Positions 55,262-64,000 of a stretch of 64,000 nucleotides of DNA are shown here, one piece after another; the stretch's first letter is position 1; the number at the start of each line of letters is the position of its first letter. The stretch is from an uncultured Acidobacteriaceae bacterium. Its GTDB lineage: Bacteria > Acidobacteriota > Terriglobia > Terriglobales > Acidobacteriaceae. The position numbers were made by a program, and so were the translations under genes. The DNA is taken from assembly GCA_963737665.1 (NCBI GenBank), contig CAVTTW010000017.1, positions 161,759 to 225,758 of the forward strand, read 5' to 3'. The notes beneath the pieces were generated by a model that had not been told where the DNA came from, did not search any database, and was given only the letters and a program-made list of their open reading frames with translations.

Positions 55262-56845
55262 TTACTTTTGCACCAGCAGCACGGCGAGACCATGGGCGGG
55301 AACGGTAATCGTGGCGTGACCTCCCTTGAGCGCTAAGGTCTCCGCCGGAGCCATGGCGCCTGCCTGCTTCAACTTTGCGATCTGAGCCTGCGTGAGGCTT
55401 CCCACTGGCCGTCCCATGGCGTTGAAGGCGGCGAGTGAATTGCCATGAGACTCGTCGACTCGCAGCAAAGTGACCCGCGGGTGCGCTCCCACATGATCGA
55501 TTTCCACGTCGAAGGTCTTTGCTGGACCCGCCGGCCCGGTGGGCATGGTGTATTCCGCGCCCGTCCCTGTGGGAGGCGCGTAATCCCAGAGTGCAACAGC
55601 CACTCCGCCGTGCGGCAGCACCGTCGCCAGGGCCGAGTCGGAGTCAAGGGCGATGCGGCGATCGCCAAGTTGATGGAGGGCGCGGAAAACATTCAGCGAA
55701 GCCTTGGGGATGTCATCGGGCGCGATCAACCCGAATCCCCCGTAATAGGGCGTCCGCGGTACACCCTGCTCCTCAAACACATCGGAGAATGTCCAGTAAT
55801 CCATGCTGTCTGTCAGGCCGTCGCAGAGGCGAATCGTGTTGGCTAACCACGGCCCTATGTACGGCGAGTCCGTAACATTGGGCTCGTTGGCATAGCTTGC
55901 GTTGTACTCAGAGAATATGAGTGGAAGGTGCGGAAACGCCGAGGCTGCAATCTGGTCGTGAACCTTCTTCACGGAGCGATACACCATCACGTCGCGGGGT
56001 ATCTTCTCGTCGGTGCCGAAGACATCCTTAGCCATATCGTTGGCGTACACATGGGTTGAGACAAAATCGACGGGAACGCTGTCCGCCTTTACATGCGCGA
56101 GAAATTCGGGAACCCAGGCCGCCTGCGCCGTTGCCGGTCCGCCGACCTGGAGACGGGAAGACACGGATTTGAGCGCGCGCGCGGTGTGATCGTACAACTC
56201 CCAATAGGTTGCCTGTTTAGGCGTGCCGCCCCAGAAGTCGAGATTCGGCTCGTTCCAGACCTCGAACTTCCATGTACTGACTTCGTCCAGTCCATAGCGC
56301 GCCACCAGGTGCGCTGCGAACGCATGGACCATGTCGTCCCACTGCTGGTAGTCTCTGGGCGGGGACACATTGGGGTGATACCAGAACGGGTGCAACTGGT
56401 CTGGATTGGCGGCCAGCTTGCGCGGCATGAAACTCAATTCAACGAATGGCCTGACTCCCATGGCGAGCAGTCCGTCATAGATACGATCGACATAGAAGAA
56501 GTTATAAGGGGAAACATCGTGGGCTGCCTCTGCGGCCAGTCCCGGATTCTTGGTGACCCGATCCGGATCATAGAGCCCCACCTCGTCGGTGAGGATGCCG
56601 TGAAAGCGAACGGACTCGAAGTTGGTCGCTTCTTTGACCACGCGCATGTCGGCGCGGTAGTCGTCGCGCAGCGCCAGAATGGCCCGGCCCGAGCCGAAGG
56701 TCTTCTCCCAGAAGTGAGGGAAGGCCGTAGTCGGCGCCTGCGCATCGACTTTGAGCATCACCGGTGCGGGCGCCTGGGCGCTCGCGCCCAATACGCCGGT
56801 CCATAGCGCGACGATAAGAATCGAGGTCCTGCGCAACGTCAACAC
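55262..56845 (-). CDS. GH39 beta-xylosidase family glycoside hydrolase
   Basis: VRFHG, PFVELSFMP, FEVWNEPN, FSEYN and WTFSDVFEE; signal peptide. Confidence 0.93.
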   Translation of the reverse strand: MLTLRRTSILIVALWTGVLGASAQAPAPVMLKVDAQAPTTAFPHFWEKTFGSGRAILALRDDYRADMRVVKEATNFESVRFHGILTDEVGLYDPDRVTKNPGLAAEAAHDVSPYNFFYVDRIYDGLLAMGVRPFVELSFMPRKLAANPDQLHPFWYHPNVSPPRDYQQWDDMVHAFAAHLVARYGLDEVSTWKFEVWNEPNLDFWGGTPKQATYWELYDHTARALKSVSSRLQVGGPATAQAAWVPEFLAHVKADSVPVDFVSTHVYANDMAKDVFGTDEKIPRDVMVYRSVKKVHDQIAASAFPHLPLIFSEYNASYANEPNVTDSPYIGPWLANTIRLCDGLTDSMDYWTFSDVFEEQGVPRTPYYGGFGLIAPDDIPKASLNVFRALHQLGDRRIALDSDSALATVLPHGGVAVALWDYAPPTGTGAEYTMPTGPAGPAKTFDVEIDHVGAHPRVTLLRVDESHGNSLAAFNAMGRPVGSLTQAQIAKLKQAGAMAPAETLALKGGHATITVPAHGLAVLLVQK

Positions 56846-56978
56846 GGAGATCCTTTCAGGAGCGGGGGAATGAGTGATTTGCGATGGGAACAGCGGCGCG
56901 AAACATGGTCGATGCCATCGAAATGCACGAACGGGTGGCCAGGTTGGTTCATTCAGTCAAATCCGCAGGCTTGATCTC

Positions 56979-58238
56979 TTACTCCGGCCGTACAACGGCT
57001 TCGTTCTTTTGGATGCTTCGCACAAAGTCCTCCCCGGTTCCGATGTGCTGGTTCACGAGCCGCGACGGAGTGTGCGCCAGCCATTCAGCGAGGGAGATGT
57101 CCTGGTACTCGGGCGTCGGAAACACCTCCAGGAAGATGAGGTCCGTGTCTCCGGTGTTCTCAATGTAATGCGGCATGGACTGTTCGACGTATCCCACGTC
57201 GCCAGCCGTGAAGTCCATGGTGCGCGCATGGCCCCCAGCCGCAAACACGGTCATGCGGCCCTGGCCTGCGACATAGTACTGCCATTCGTCCTCATTCGGA
57301 TGCCAGTGCAGCTCGCGCAGGCCGCCGGATTTCAACGTCACGATGGCGGCCGCGATATTGGTTGCCGGAAAGTTGTGAACGTCGACTATCTTTACGCTGC
57401 CTCCGGCGGATACCTTGGTGGGCTGCATCTTGCTCGCAAAGAACGCGAAGCTGTTCGGCACGGGTCCCGTGCCGGCATATACTTCCTTCTTCTCCTCCTC
57501 CAGCGGTCGTGGCAGTTCGCTGGGGAAGATGAAGAGCTCGCGGGCAGGCACACTGTTGAAGGTTGACTCCGGCGCCTGGAAGTTCTTGGCCAGCACTTCG
57601 CCTGGCGTATGGTGCATCCAGTCGGTGAGCAGAAAGGTCTGAAACTCATTGAAGTTGCCGTCATTGAAGACCAGCAGGAACTCGCACCCGTCCTCGCCGA
57701 CACCCTGAATGGAATGAGGAAATCCTCCCGGAAAGAGCCAAAGATCGCCCGCATGCACGTCTTCAACGAAGGCGCGCCCTTTGTGATCCACACAGGTGAT
57801 CCGCGCGGTTCCAGCCGTCATGTAGGCCCACTCGGCTCCCACGTGCCAGTGCAATTCGCGAATGCCTCCGCGGATCAGTCGCATTTCTACCCCGGCCATC
57901 TTCTTTGAGATGGGAAGGTCGCGCACGGTTACCTGACGGGTCCATCCACCGGCCTCGACGCGGCGGTGCGCAAACGCAAACGGATACTTGAATGGCGGCT
58001 GTCCTCCCGAATCGGTCTCGGGCGGGAAAACGGAGCCGGGATTGGCCAGCTCCGAGGCGGGGTTTCGCGGACCTGTCTCCTTCTCGTTAGCGCCGGTATG
58101 CTTGTCCCCGCTCTTATCGACTGCCTGCTGCGCGGCTGCAGCGAGCGGCGCCATCGCCGCCGCTGCCAATGCTGCGGAACTGCCGCCCAGAAAGCTTCGG
58201 CGACTCACGTTGTCGTTCTCCCGCTCGGCCATTTCCAT
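56979..58238 (-). CDS. Oxalate decarboxylase family bicupin with Tat signal
   Basis: Two RELHWH Mn-binding motifs; SRRSFLG twin-arginine motif. Confidence 0.92.
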   Translation of the reverse strand: MEMAERENDNVSRRSFLGGSSAALAAAAMAPLAAAAQQAVDKSGDKHTGANEKETGPRNPASELANPGSVFPPETDSGGQPPFKYPFAFAHRRVEAGGWTRQVTVRDLPISKKMAGVEMRLIRGGIRELHWHVGAEWAYMTAGTARITCVDHKGRAFVEDVHAGDLWLFPGGFPHSIQGVGEDGCEFLLVFNDGNFNEFQTFLLTDWMHHTPGEVLAKNFQAPESTFNSVPARELFIFPSELPRPLEEEKKEVYAGTGPVPNSFAFFASKMQPTKVSAGGSVKIVDVHNFPATNIAAAIVTLKSGGLRELHWHPNEDEWQYYVAGQGRMTVFAAGGHARTMDFTAGDVGYVEQSMPHYIENTGDTDLIFLEVFPTPEYQDISLAEWLAHTPSRLVNQHIGTGEDFVRSIQKNEAVVRPE

Positions 58239-58513
58239 CTCTCCTTATTAGTATGGGTGCGGTTCGAACACACGACGAGAGCATGCTCGAGAGATCAACT
58301 TAATGTAACCCAATGCCCATGAGAGAGGAACGCCGGGTACCCAAAGGTAGCTTTGCCTCGGCAGCTGAGATGCCGTTGGCGGACCTGGGGTCAACCGAAA
58401 GAGTGGAATTCTGGTCCGCCTGAGGCGGAACGGCGGACTGGTCCTTCGCACCATCGAAAAATGTGCGACGACGCCCAATCAATGTCAAGCGGCCCGTCCG
58501 CTACACTGGGCGC

Positions 58514-58990
58514 ATGGGACGCCCCAATAGGGAAGACGAATCCGTGCCGCCGGGCGAGACTGCGCCAGAACTCGGCCGCGAGGAAGAGGCCTCCCTGCAG
58601 TTGATCCTCGCTATGGAAAGAGCGTCCAAGTATGTCGATGATTATGTCCGCCCGCGCCTGCTCAAGCTGGGACTGACGCTGACCGAGTTTTCAGTCCTGT
58701 CGGTGCTCTACCGGCGCGGTCCCACTCCCCTGGGGGAGCTCAGCGAGCGGATTTTGCTGACCGGGGCCAGCACCACCTACACGGTAAAGAAGCTGGAGGA
58801 GCGCGGCCTGCTGCAGCGCCGCCCCAGGAAGGAGGACCATCGCGTTATCCTGGGCGGCATCACCAACACCGGCCGCCAGCTGCTGGATCACATCTTGCCG
58901 TTGCACGCCAAGGCCCTTGCGGAGGCCACGCGGAGCATATCGACCAAGGAGAAACGCGCCATCACCAAGCTGTTGCGCAAGATGTTTTGA
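58514..58990 (+). CDS. MarR-family regulator (MhqR-like)
   Basis: GLTLTEFSVL..L..GP..LGELSERILLTGASTTYTVKKLEERGLL..EDHR; divergent from the oxalate decarboxylase gene. Confidence 0.9.
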   Translation: MGRPNREDESVPPGETAPELGREEEASLQLILAMERASKYVDDYVRPRLLKLGLTLTEFSVLSVLYRRGPTPLGELSERILLTGASTTYTVKKLEERGLLQRRPRKEDHRVILGGITNTGRQLLDHILPLHAKALAEATRSISTKEKRAITKLLRKMF

Positions 58991-59138
58991 ATTCATTTTG
59001 AATTTAAAATATGCCGCTGCCGGGACGTCAAACGAAGCGCAGGCCAGGACAAGCTCGGCCTCGTCTTGTCTGGTATTTCTGTGACCCATGCCTTTTTTGG
59101 AGGACCGGGTTGGAGCTGCTTTCCATCGGCATCTATCA

Positions 59139-59330
59139 TCAGGGCGACAGCGAATCGGTCAGCGCAGCAATCGATGCGCGATAAGCATCCCGAGATGGAC
59201 CCTCACGACGACGGCGCCACATATAGACGACCGCGATCACCGCCGCCAGGGTCGCCGCGACATATACGCCCTCAAGCGATCCGTCGCCGCCATCCGGAGA
59301 TATCCCAAAGATTCGCTCGATAAAGTCCAT
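59139..59330 (-). CDS. Small single-pass membrane protein
   Basis: MDFIERIFGISPDGGDGSLE, then a TM helix and RRRR; SD GGAGG upstream. Confidence 0.6.
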   Translation of the reverse strand: MDFIERIFGISPDGGDGSLEGVYVAATLAAVIAVVYMWRRRREGPSRDAYRASIAALTDSLSP

Positions 59331-59582
59331 GCGCCCTCCGATGTTCCCGCATGGTACGCGAAACCTCCGCGTCCTCAAAGAAGAATCGTATGGGACGTCT
59401 TTGAACCGGACTTCCGGTTCGGCTTGGAAAATTTATTTGACTTGTGCCGAAACGGCAGTGTATTTGTTCTCACACTATTCTGTTCGGGCATTCTGTCGCC
59501 GTCCCCCTTGGTATCGCCCTGAATCCTGATGCGACAGGTTCCCTTTTCCCTGGTTTGAGTTCAAAGCTGCACGGGAGTCCCC

Positions 59583-60231
59583 ATGGGCGCAGCCGTGTTC
59601 ATCCTGTTGATCGTTTTGATCGTCCTGGTGCTCGGCATCTGCATCGGGCTGTGGATCGCGCTGTTCCTGAGAAGGCGTCATCACCCCCCTCCGCCTCCGC
59701 CGCCACCGCCTCCACCACCGCCCCCGTACAAGATTCCCGATCAGTTGGGAGAAGCCGACCTTACGACCCAGTTGAGCACGCGGTTGGCCGGCACCGCCGC
59801 CAATGGGGTTCCCACCGCCGCTTCCGCCACTCCTCCCGCCCAGGTCATCTGGGTTGATCACGGCAACGAAGTGCTCGTCCATCTGGACTCGACGGCGGTG
59901 CGCATTCTCGATCGCCTGGTCCTGGTTTCGGTCGATCTTGAGACCGACCAGACCGGCCGCACGCCACTGATCTGCAGCTTCGCCGTCAGCGGGCCGGGGG
60001 AACTCGGCGGCCTGGTTGCCACTACGGACGACCTGCCCCGTGGCAGCGGCGTTCTCGCGTCGAGCTTGGGGTCAGCAACTGCAATCCGCGGTCTGGTCCA
60101 GCCTCCTTGGCCTCTCCAACGATCATGCTGCGGAACGCAATCTCGCTCCCCGCGCCCTCTCCGCCAGCGCCGGAACCCTCAGCCTCAATGCAGGGGCCAG
60201 CCTCACGAACGCTCCCGGAGGCGCCGCATGA
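59583..60231 (+). CDS. Membrane-anchored poly-proline hypothetical protein; frameshift near 60065
   Basis: Long hydrophobic N-terminal helix, RRRHH, 14 consecutive Pro, then a globular domain. The shifted tail (WGQQLQSAVWSSLL...GGAA*) ends in an ATGA overlap with the next gene. Confidence 0.75.
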
Positions 60232-63200
60232 GCAACGGTCTGGCCAATGAAGTCCTCGATCTCGGCGAAGCCATCGGCCTGTTCGACGGCACCGGCACTC
60301 TCGACCCTCACTGGTTTGAGAACCCACTCAAGAACATCGAGTCCATCTTCACCAGCGACTCGCAGCGCGCCGCCTTTCTTCGTGTGCTGGACGCACTGCT
60401 GGCCCCGATTCAGTCGCCCGACATTCCCGCCAACGAGACCTGGCACCCGCTCCTCGGCGAACAGACACGCGGGAACGCCTATCTCACCGTCAATACAGCC
60501 AGCGGCGTCACCTTCGGTTTTGCCGGAGAGGTCCACTCCACCGACGGGCCGCCACCCCTGGCATCGCTCAGCGCCCACCTGCCGCTGGTCAGCTTCAATG
60601 GCGGCAATGTTACGGCCGTGGCCGGCACCGCCAGCGGCCCGCTCGACGTAACCCTGCGCATTCACCTCGGGCTTGTCTACGGAACCGACCCCATCGGCCT
60701 GGATTCGGTGATCGTCACCGCCAGCCTCGCTCCGCTCGGTGGACCCACCCCGGCCACGCTTACCGTCGACCTCGAAGGCCTGCAACTGGATGCTTCCGGG
60801 CCTCAGAACATTGCTCTCGATCCTTCGAACCTTGGCTCGGAGGCCGTCCACCTTGTCATCGGCTTCATTCACGAGCAGCTCACGCGCCTGGCTGCCAACT
60901 CGGGAGCGGCTGGAGCGGTCACTGCCAATCTGCTCCAGTTACTCGGTTTTGGCGACCCGGCCATCCCGCAGTTCCCGTTTACCCAGCTTGCCAACCCGGC
61001 CGCCATCAATACCTGGTTCGCGTCGCTGCTGCAGGGGGGCGCCACCGCGCCGGTGGTCCACTGGCTCGGCCACCTGACCGGGCTGCTGGGCGCCAGCTTC
61101 CCCATCACCGGCACCGGAACCGCTGCCGACCCGTGGGTGGCCCCTGTCCTGCCCTTCGGGACAGCCACGGGCTCGGGCCTCAACCTCACGTTCGCGACCA
61201 CGACCGTCGCCTCCACCACGTCGCTGCTGATTGGGCTCGAGGTGCGCGTCATTCCCGATGGCGCCAATCCGCCGGTGCGCATTGAAGGCAGCGCAACCCT
61301 GGCCTCGATCCCCATCACCGGAGCGGGTTCGGCCGTCGTGTTGCCCTCCGCCTCGGTCACCGCGATTGCCCCTGGCGGCATCGGCGCGGCCGCACTCGTC
61401 AGCACCGCTACGATCACAGTGCAATCGGCCGAAGCGGGTTTACGTGGACCGGTTCCGCCCTGCAGCCGCTGCTTGAACTCGTTGGCGTTGATTTCACCCT
61501 GGCCGGCACCACGACACACTACGCCCAGGTGGACCTTACCAATGCCGACAGCGTAGCCAGCGACGTCTCGTCCATCATCGGCAACACCATTGCGGGGTAT
61601 CTCGGCACCACCAGTCCGGGACGCAATCTGGCCGCACTGGCCGGCATCGTTGCCCCGGAGAACGATCCTGGCTCGCCGCATACCCTGGATTTCGCCCAAC
61701 TGGTGTCAAATCCGGCCCGCGCCATCGCCGCCGTGCACCGCGCCGTGCTGCTCGATCCGGCGCATCCCTGGTCGCACATGCTGGAGGAGGTTGGGGGGCT
61801 GGTCGGAATCACCGCAGCCGCCACCGGCACCGGCGTCCGCAGCGATCCGTGGGTGCTTGGAGCTGGCTCCGCCCTCCGGCTTCAAGATCGAGATCGCGGC
61901 CTGGAATGAGCAAACCAGCGGCGTCGCCACCGATCCTCAAAAGCTCCGCATCGGGCTGCGCGCGTCGTTTTCGCAGGCGCCCGTCGATCTCTACTGGCTC
62001 GCCGAACTGCTGGCCTTTGACCTGCCGCAATCGGGCGCCGGCGTGGTCAATCTCATGGCGGGCCAGCACGCCCATTTCGGCGTGCAGCCCATCCCCAGCA
62101 TCCCACCGGTTGCCGGGCTCACCCTATCCATAGGCGACTTGGCCGCCGACATGACCTGGGCGCCCGGATCTGCCCTCGCCTGGTCGGCGGGCCTGCAAAA
62201 CGTCGCCATCTCGTACGCCGGCAGCACCATCAACGTGCCCTCCATCGGCTTCCCCCTGGCGGCGCCGTTTGACGTCACCAACCCCGCCGCCATCGCCGCC
62301 GACTTCGGCCTGAGCGTCCCCAACCTCGAACTGTCTGCTGCGTCTCATCCTCGCCCGGGCGCTGTCTTCATGGGGAGGCGTGCCCGCGTACACCCTGGCC
62401 GGCCTGCTCGGCGTTCACGGCGGCCTCGCCGGTCTCTCCGCAGACTGGCCAGCCCTGGCCGATCCCGGCGGACCCGGATCCCTGCTCAGCGACCCCTTCA
62501 CCGCGCTGCGCAACTGGCTGGAAACCATCGCGACCGGTGTGTCTGCCGACGGATCCGCTTTCCTGCCCCAGATTCTTCCCTGGCTGCGCGGACTTGCTGT
62601 CCGACGCATTGCCCTCGGCCCCGGGCAATCCGCTGCCGGCATTCAGCCTGCCCATCGGCGGCTCCGGCACCTATGACGACCCGTGGGCGCTCCCGCTCAC
62701 CACGACAACCACCGCCGGAGTCGATGCACTGGTGTGGCTCGAACCCGCCGGGCCGCCGCCGAACTGGGCTACGCCGTTGATCGCCGCCGCCACCGGCGCC
62801 GCCGACTTTTCGACCCTGCTCCAGGTGACCCAGTCCGTAGCCGCGTTTCTTCCTGGCCTCAGCAGCGGTATCGCGAATCTTGACCCGGGCCTCCTCAGCT
62901 CCGCGCTCAGCTGCCTTTCCGCGTTCTTCGCTACCGGCGACGGCGTCGTGCCTCTGGCCTCGCAGGTTCCCACCAGCGCCAACTGGACCGCCGGAACGAC
63001 GCTGGCCAGCGCCCACTCCTCCCAACCATCGGACCCCGCCGCGATTCAGCAGATCCTCACCCAGATCGACAGCCTCGCGGGAGGCGCTGCCGGCGCCCGC
63101 ACCGTCCTGCTGCTTGGTCCCGCATTCAGCGATCATGGCATCTGGACCACCCTGCTGGCAGACCCCAACCGTCACGGCGCAACCGCTGCCGGCACCAACT

Positions 63201-64000
63201 TCAATCTGCGCGTCCCCGGCCTCGATCCCTCCGTTGTCGATCTGACCGGAGTGACCGCCGTGGCGGCGTACTACACCGCTGACCTCTACGATGACGGCAC
63301 CGGCAACCTGACTCCCATGACTGCCCAGATCGCCCGCGTCGTTGCGCGGGTGCAGCAACTAGCGGGCGCCACGCCGGTCACGCTGGTGGCTCACTCTACG
63401 GCGGGTCTCGCCGCACGATCATTCACGGCGGCAAACCCGACCCTGGTGCAGGGTCTTATCACCCTGGGCACGCCGCACCTCGGATCCTCGCTGCCGTTCC
63501 TCAACGACCCCCGTGTCGGCGACGCCCTGCGGGTTCTTCAGCTTCTGCGGCCGCAGATCGCCGCCAGCCCGCTACGCGATGCGCTCGATTTTCTTTTCCT
63601 GGTTTTGGATGGCTACCAGCCGCCTGCCAAAGTTGGAGCGCTCCCCGCGGCCGTGGACTTCTCGCCCGGCTCGTTCCCGGCGCCCCTCACGGCCCCGGCC
63701 AGCATCGATTCGGGCGGCCGTCCGGTGCTCGCCATCGGCAGCCAGCTGGGCGCCGGACTGCTTGGCCTGCTGCAGCCCGCGCTCTCGGCCCTGGCGAACT
63801 CGGCCGCCAATCCCGTGACCGCCCCCGCCGCGCCCACGCATATCGCCTTCGGCGCGCGCGCTCACCTGAACTTCGCCACCACCGCCGGCGGCGTCGCCGT
63901 CGACACGACCATCCGCGGCGATCTCTTCCAGCTTGCGCTCAAGAGCGGGGCCGCGGCACCGCCGCAGCCTGCCCACGCCCTCCGCATTCGCGCTACCCTC
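60228..64000 (+). CDS. Giant repeat protein with embedded alpha/beta-hydrolase domain; about four apparent frameshifts; runs off window end
   Basis: ATG 60228 behind GGAGG; coherent protein across shifts near 61440, 61858, 62335 and 62595; final frame open to 64000 with AHSTAG and LITLGTPHLGS. Confidence 0.8.

Noticed and set aside
58250-58470. Mn-sensing yybP-ykoY riboswitch before the oxalate decarboxylase
   Set aside because: The conserved GGGGAGUAG and GAGACC elements were not found on the coding strand.
59583-61556. 657-aa ORF as a single protein
   Set aside because: It contains a junk segment (about 60065-60227). The alternative frame gives a sensible tail ending in an ATGA overlap with an SD-preceded ATG at 60228, so this is two genes joined by an indel.

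Overview
High-GC bacterial chromosome segment, most likely from an Acidobacteriota (Terriglobia-like) genome. This is inferred from the gene mix: Acidobacterial VWFA protein, ADOP duplicated ABC permease, FG-GAP protein, Uma2 nuclease, tricorn protease and many hydrolases. Housekeeping genes include a sucB-like E2 gene, lipB, rnpB, aspS, hisS, rpsU and purD. Many genes, including essential aspS and hisS, are broken by single-base indels that look like long-read assembly errors. Two regions stand out. (1) At 42.3-55.2 kb there is an uptake and catabolism island: PepSY-TM protein, YtcJ-type amidohydrolase, MocR regulator, APC permease, siderophore-type TonB receptor, hydantoinase/oxoprolinase, DUF917 and a DMT exporter. 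Three of its promoters share a precisely spaced tripartite operator, CTGG-N20-CTGG-N13-CCAG, and the permease appears to start at an ATC codon. (2) From 59.6 kb to the window end, a poly-proline membrane protein is translationally coupled to a giant repeat protein (>1250 aa, truncated by the window). The giant protein contains what looks like a circularly permuted lipase domain. Also noted: a GGA-rich structured leader (Csr-like) after rpsU, a MITE-like palindrome and an unusually long RNase P RNA. No CRISPR array, tRNA, rRNA or transposase was recognised.
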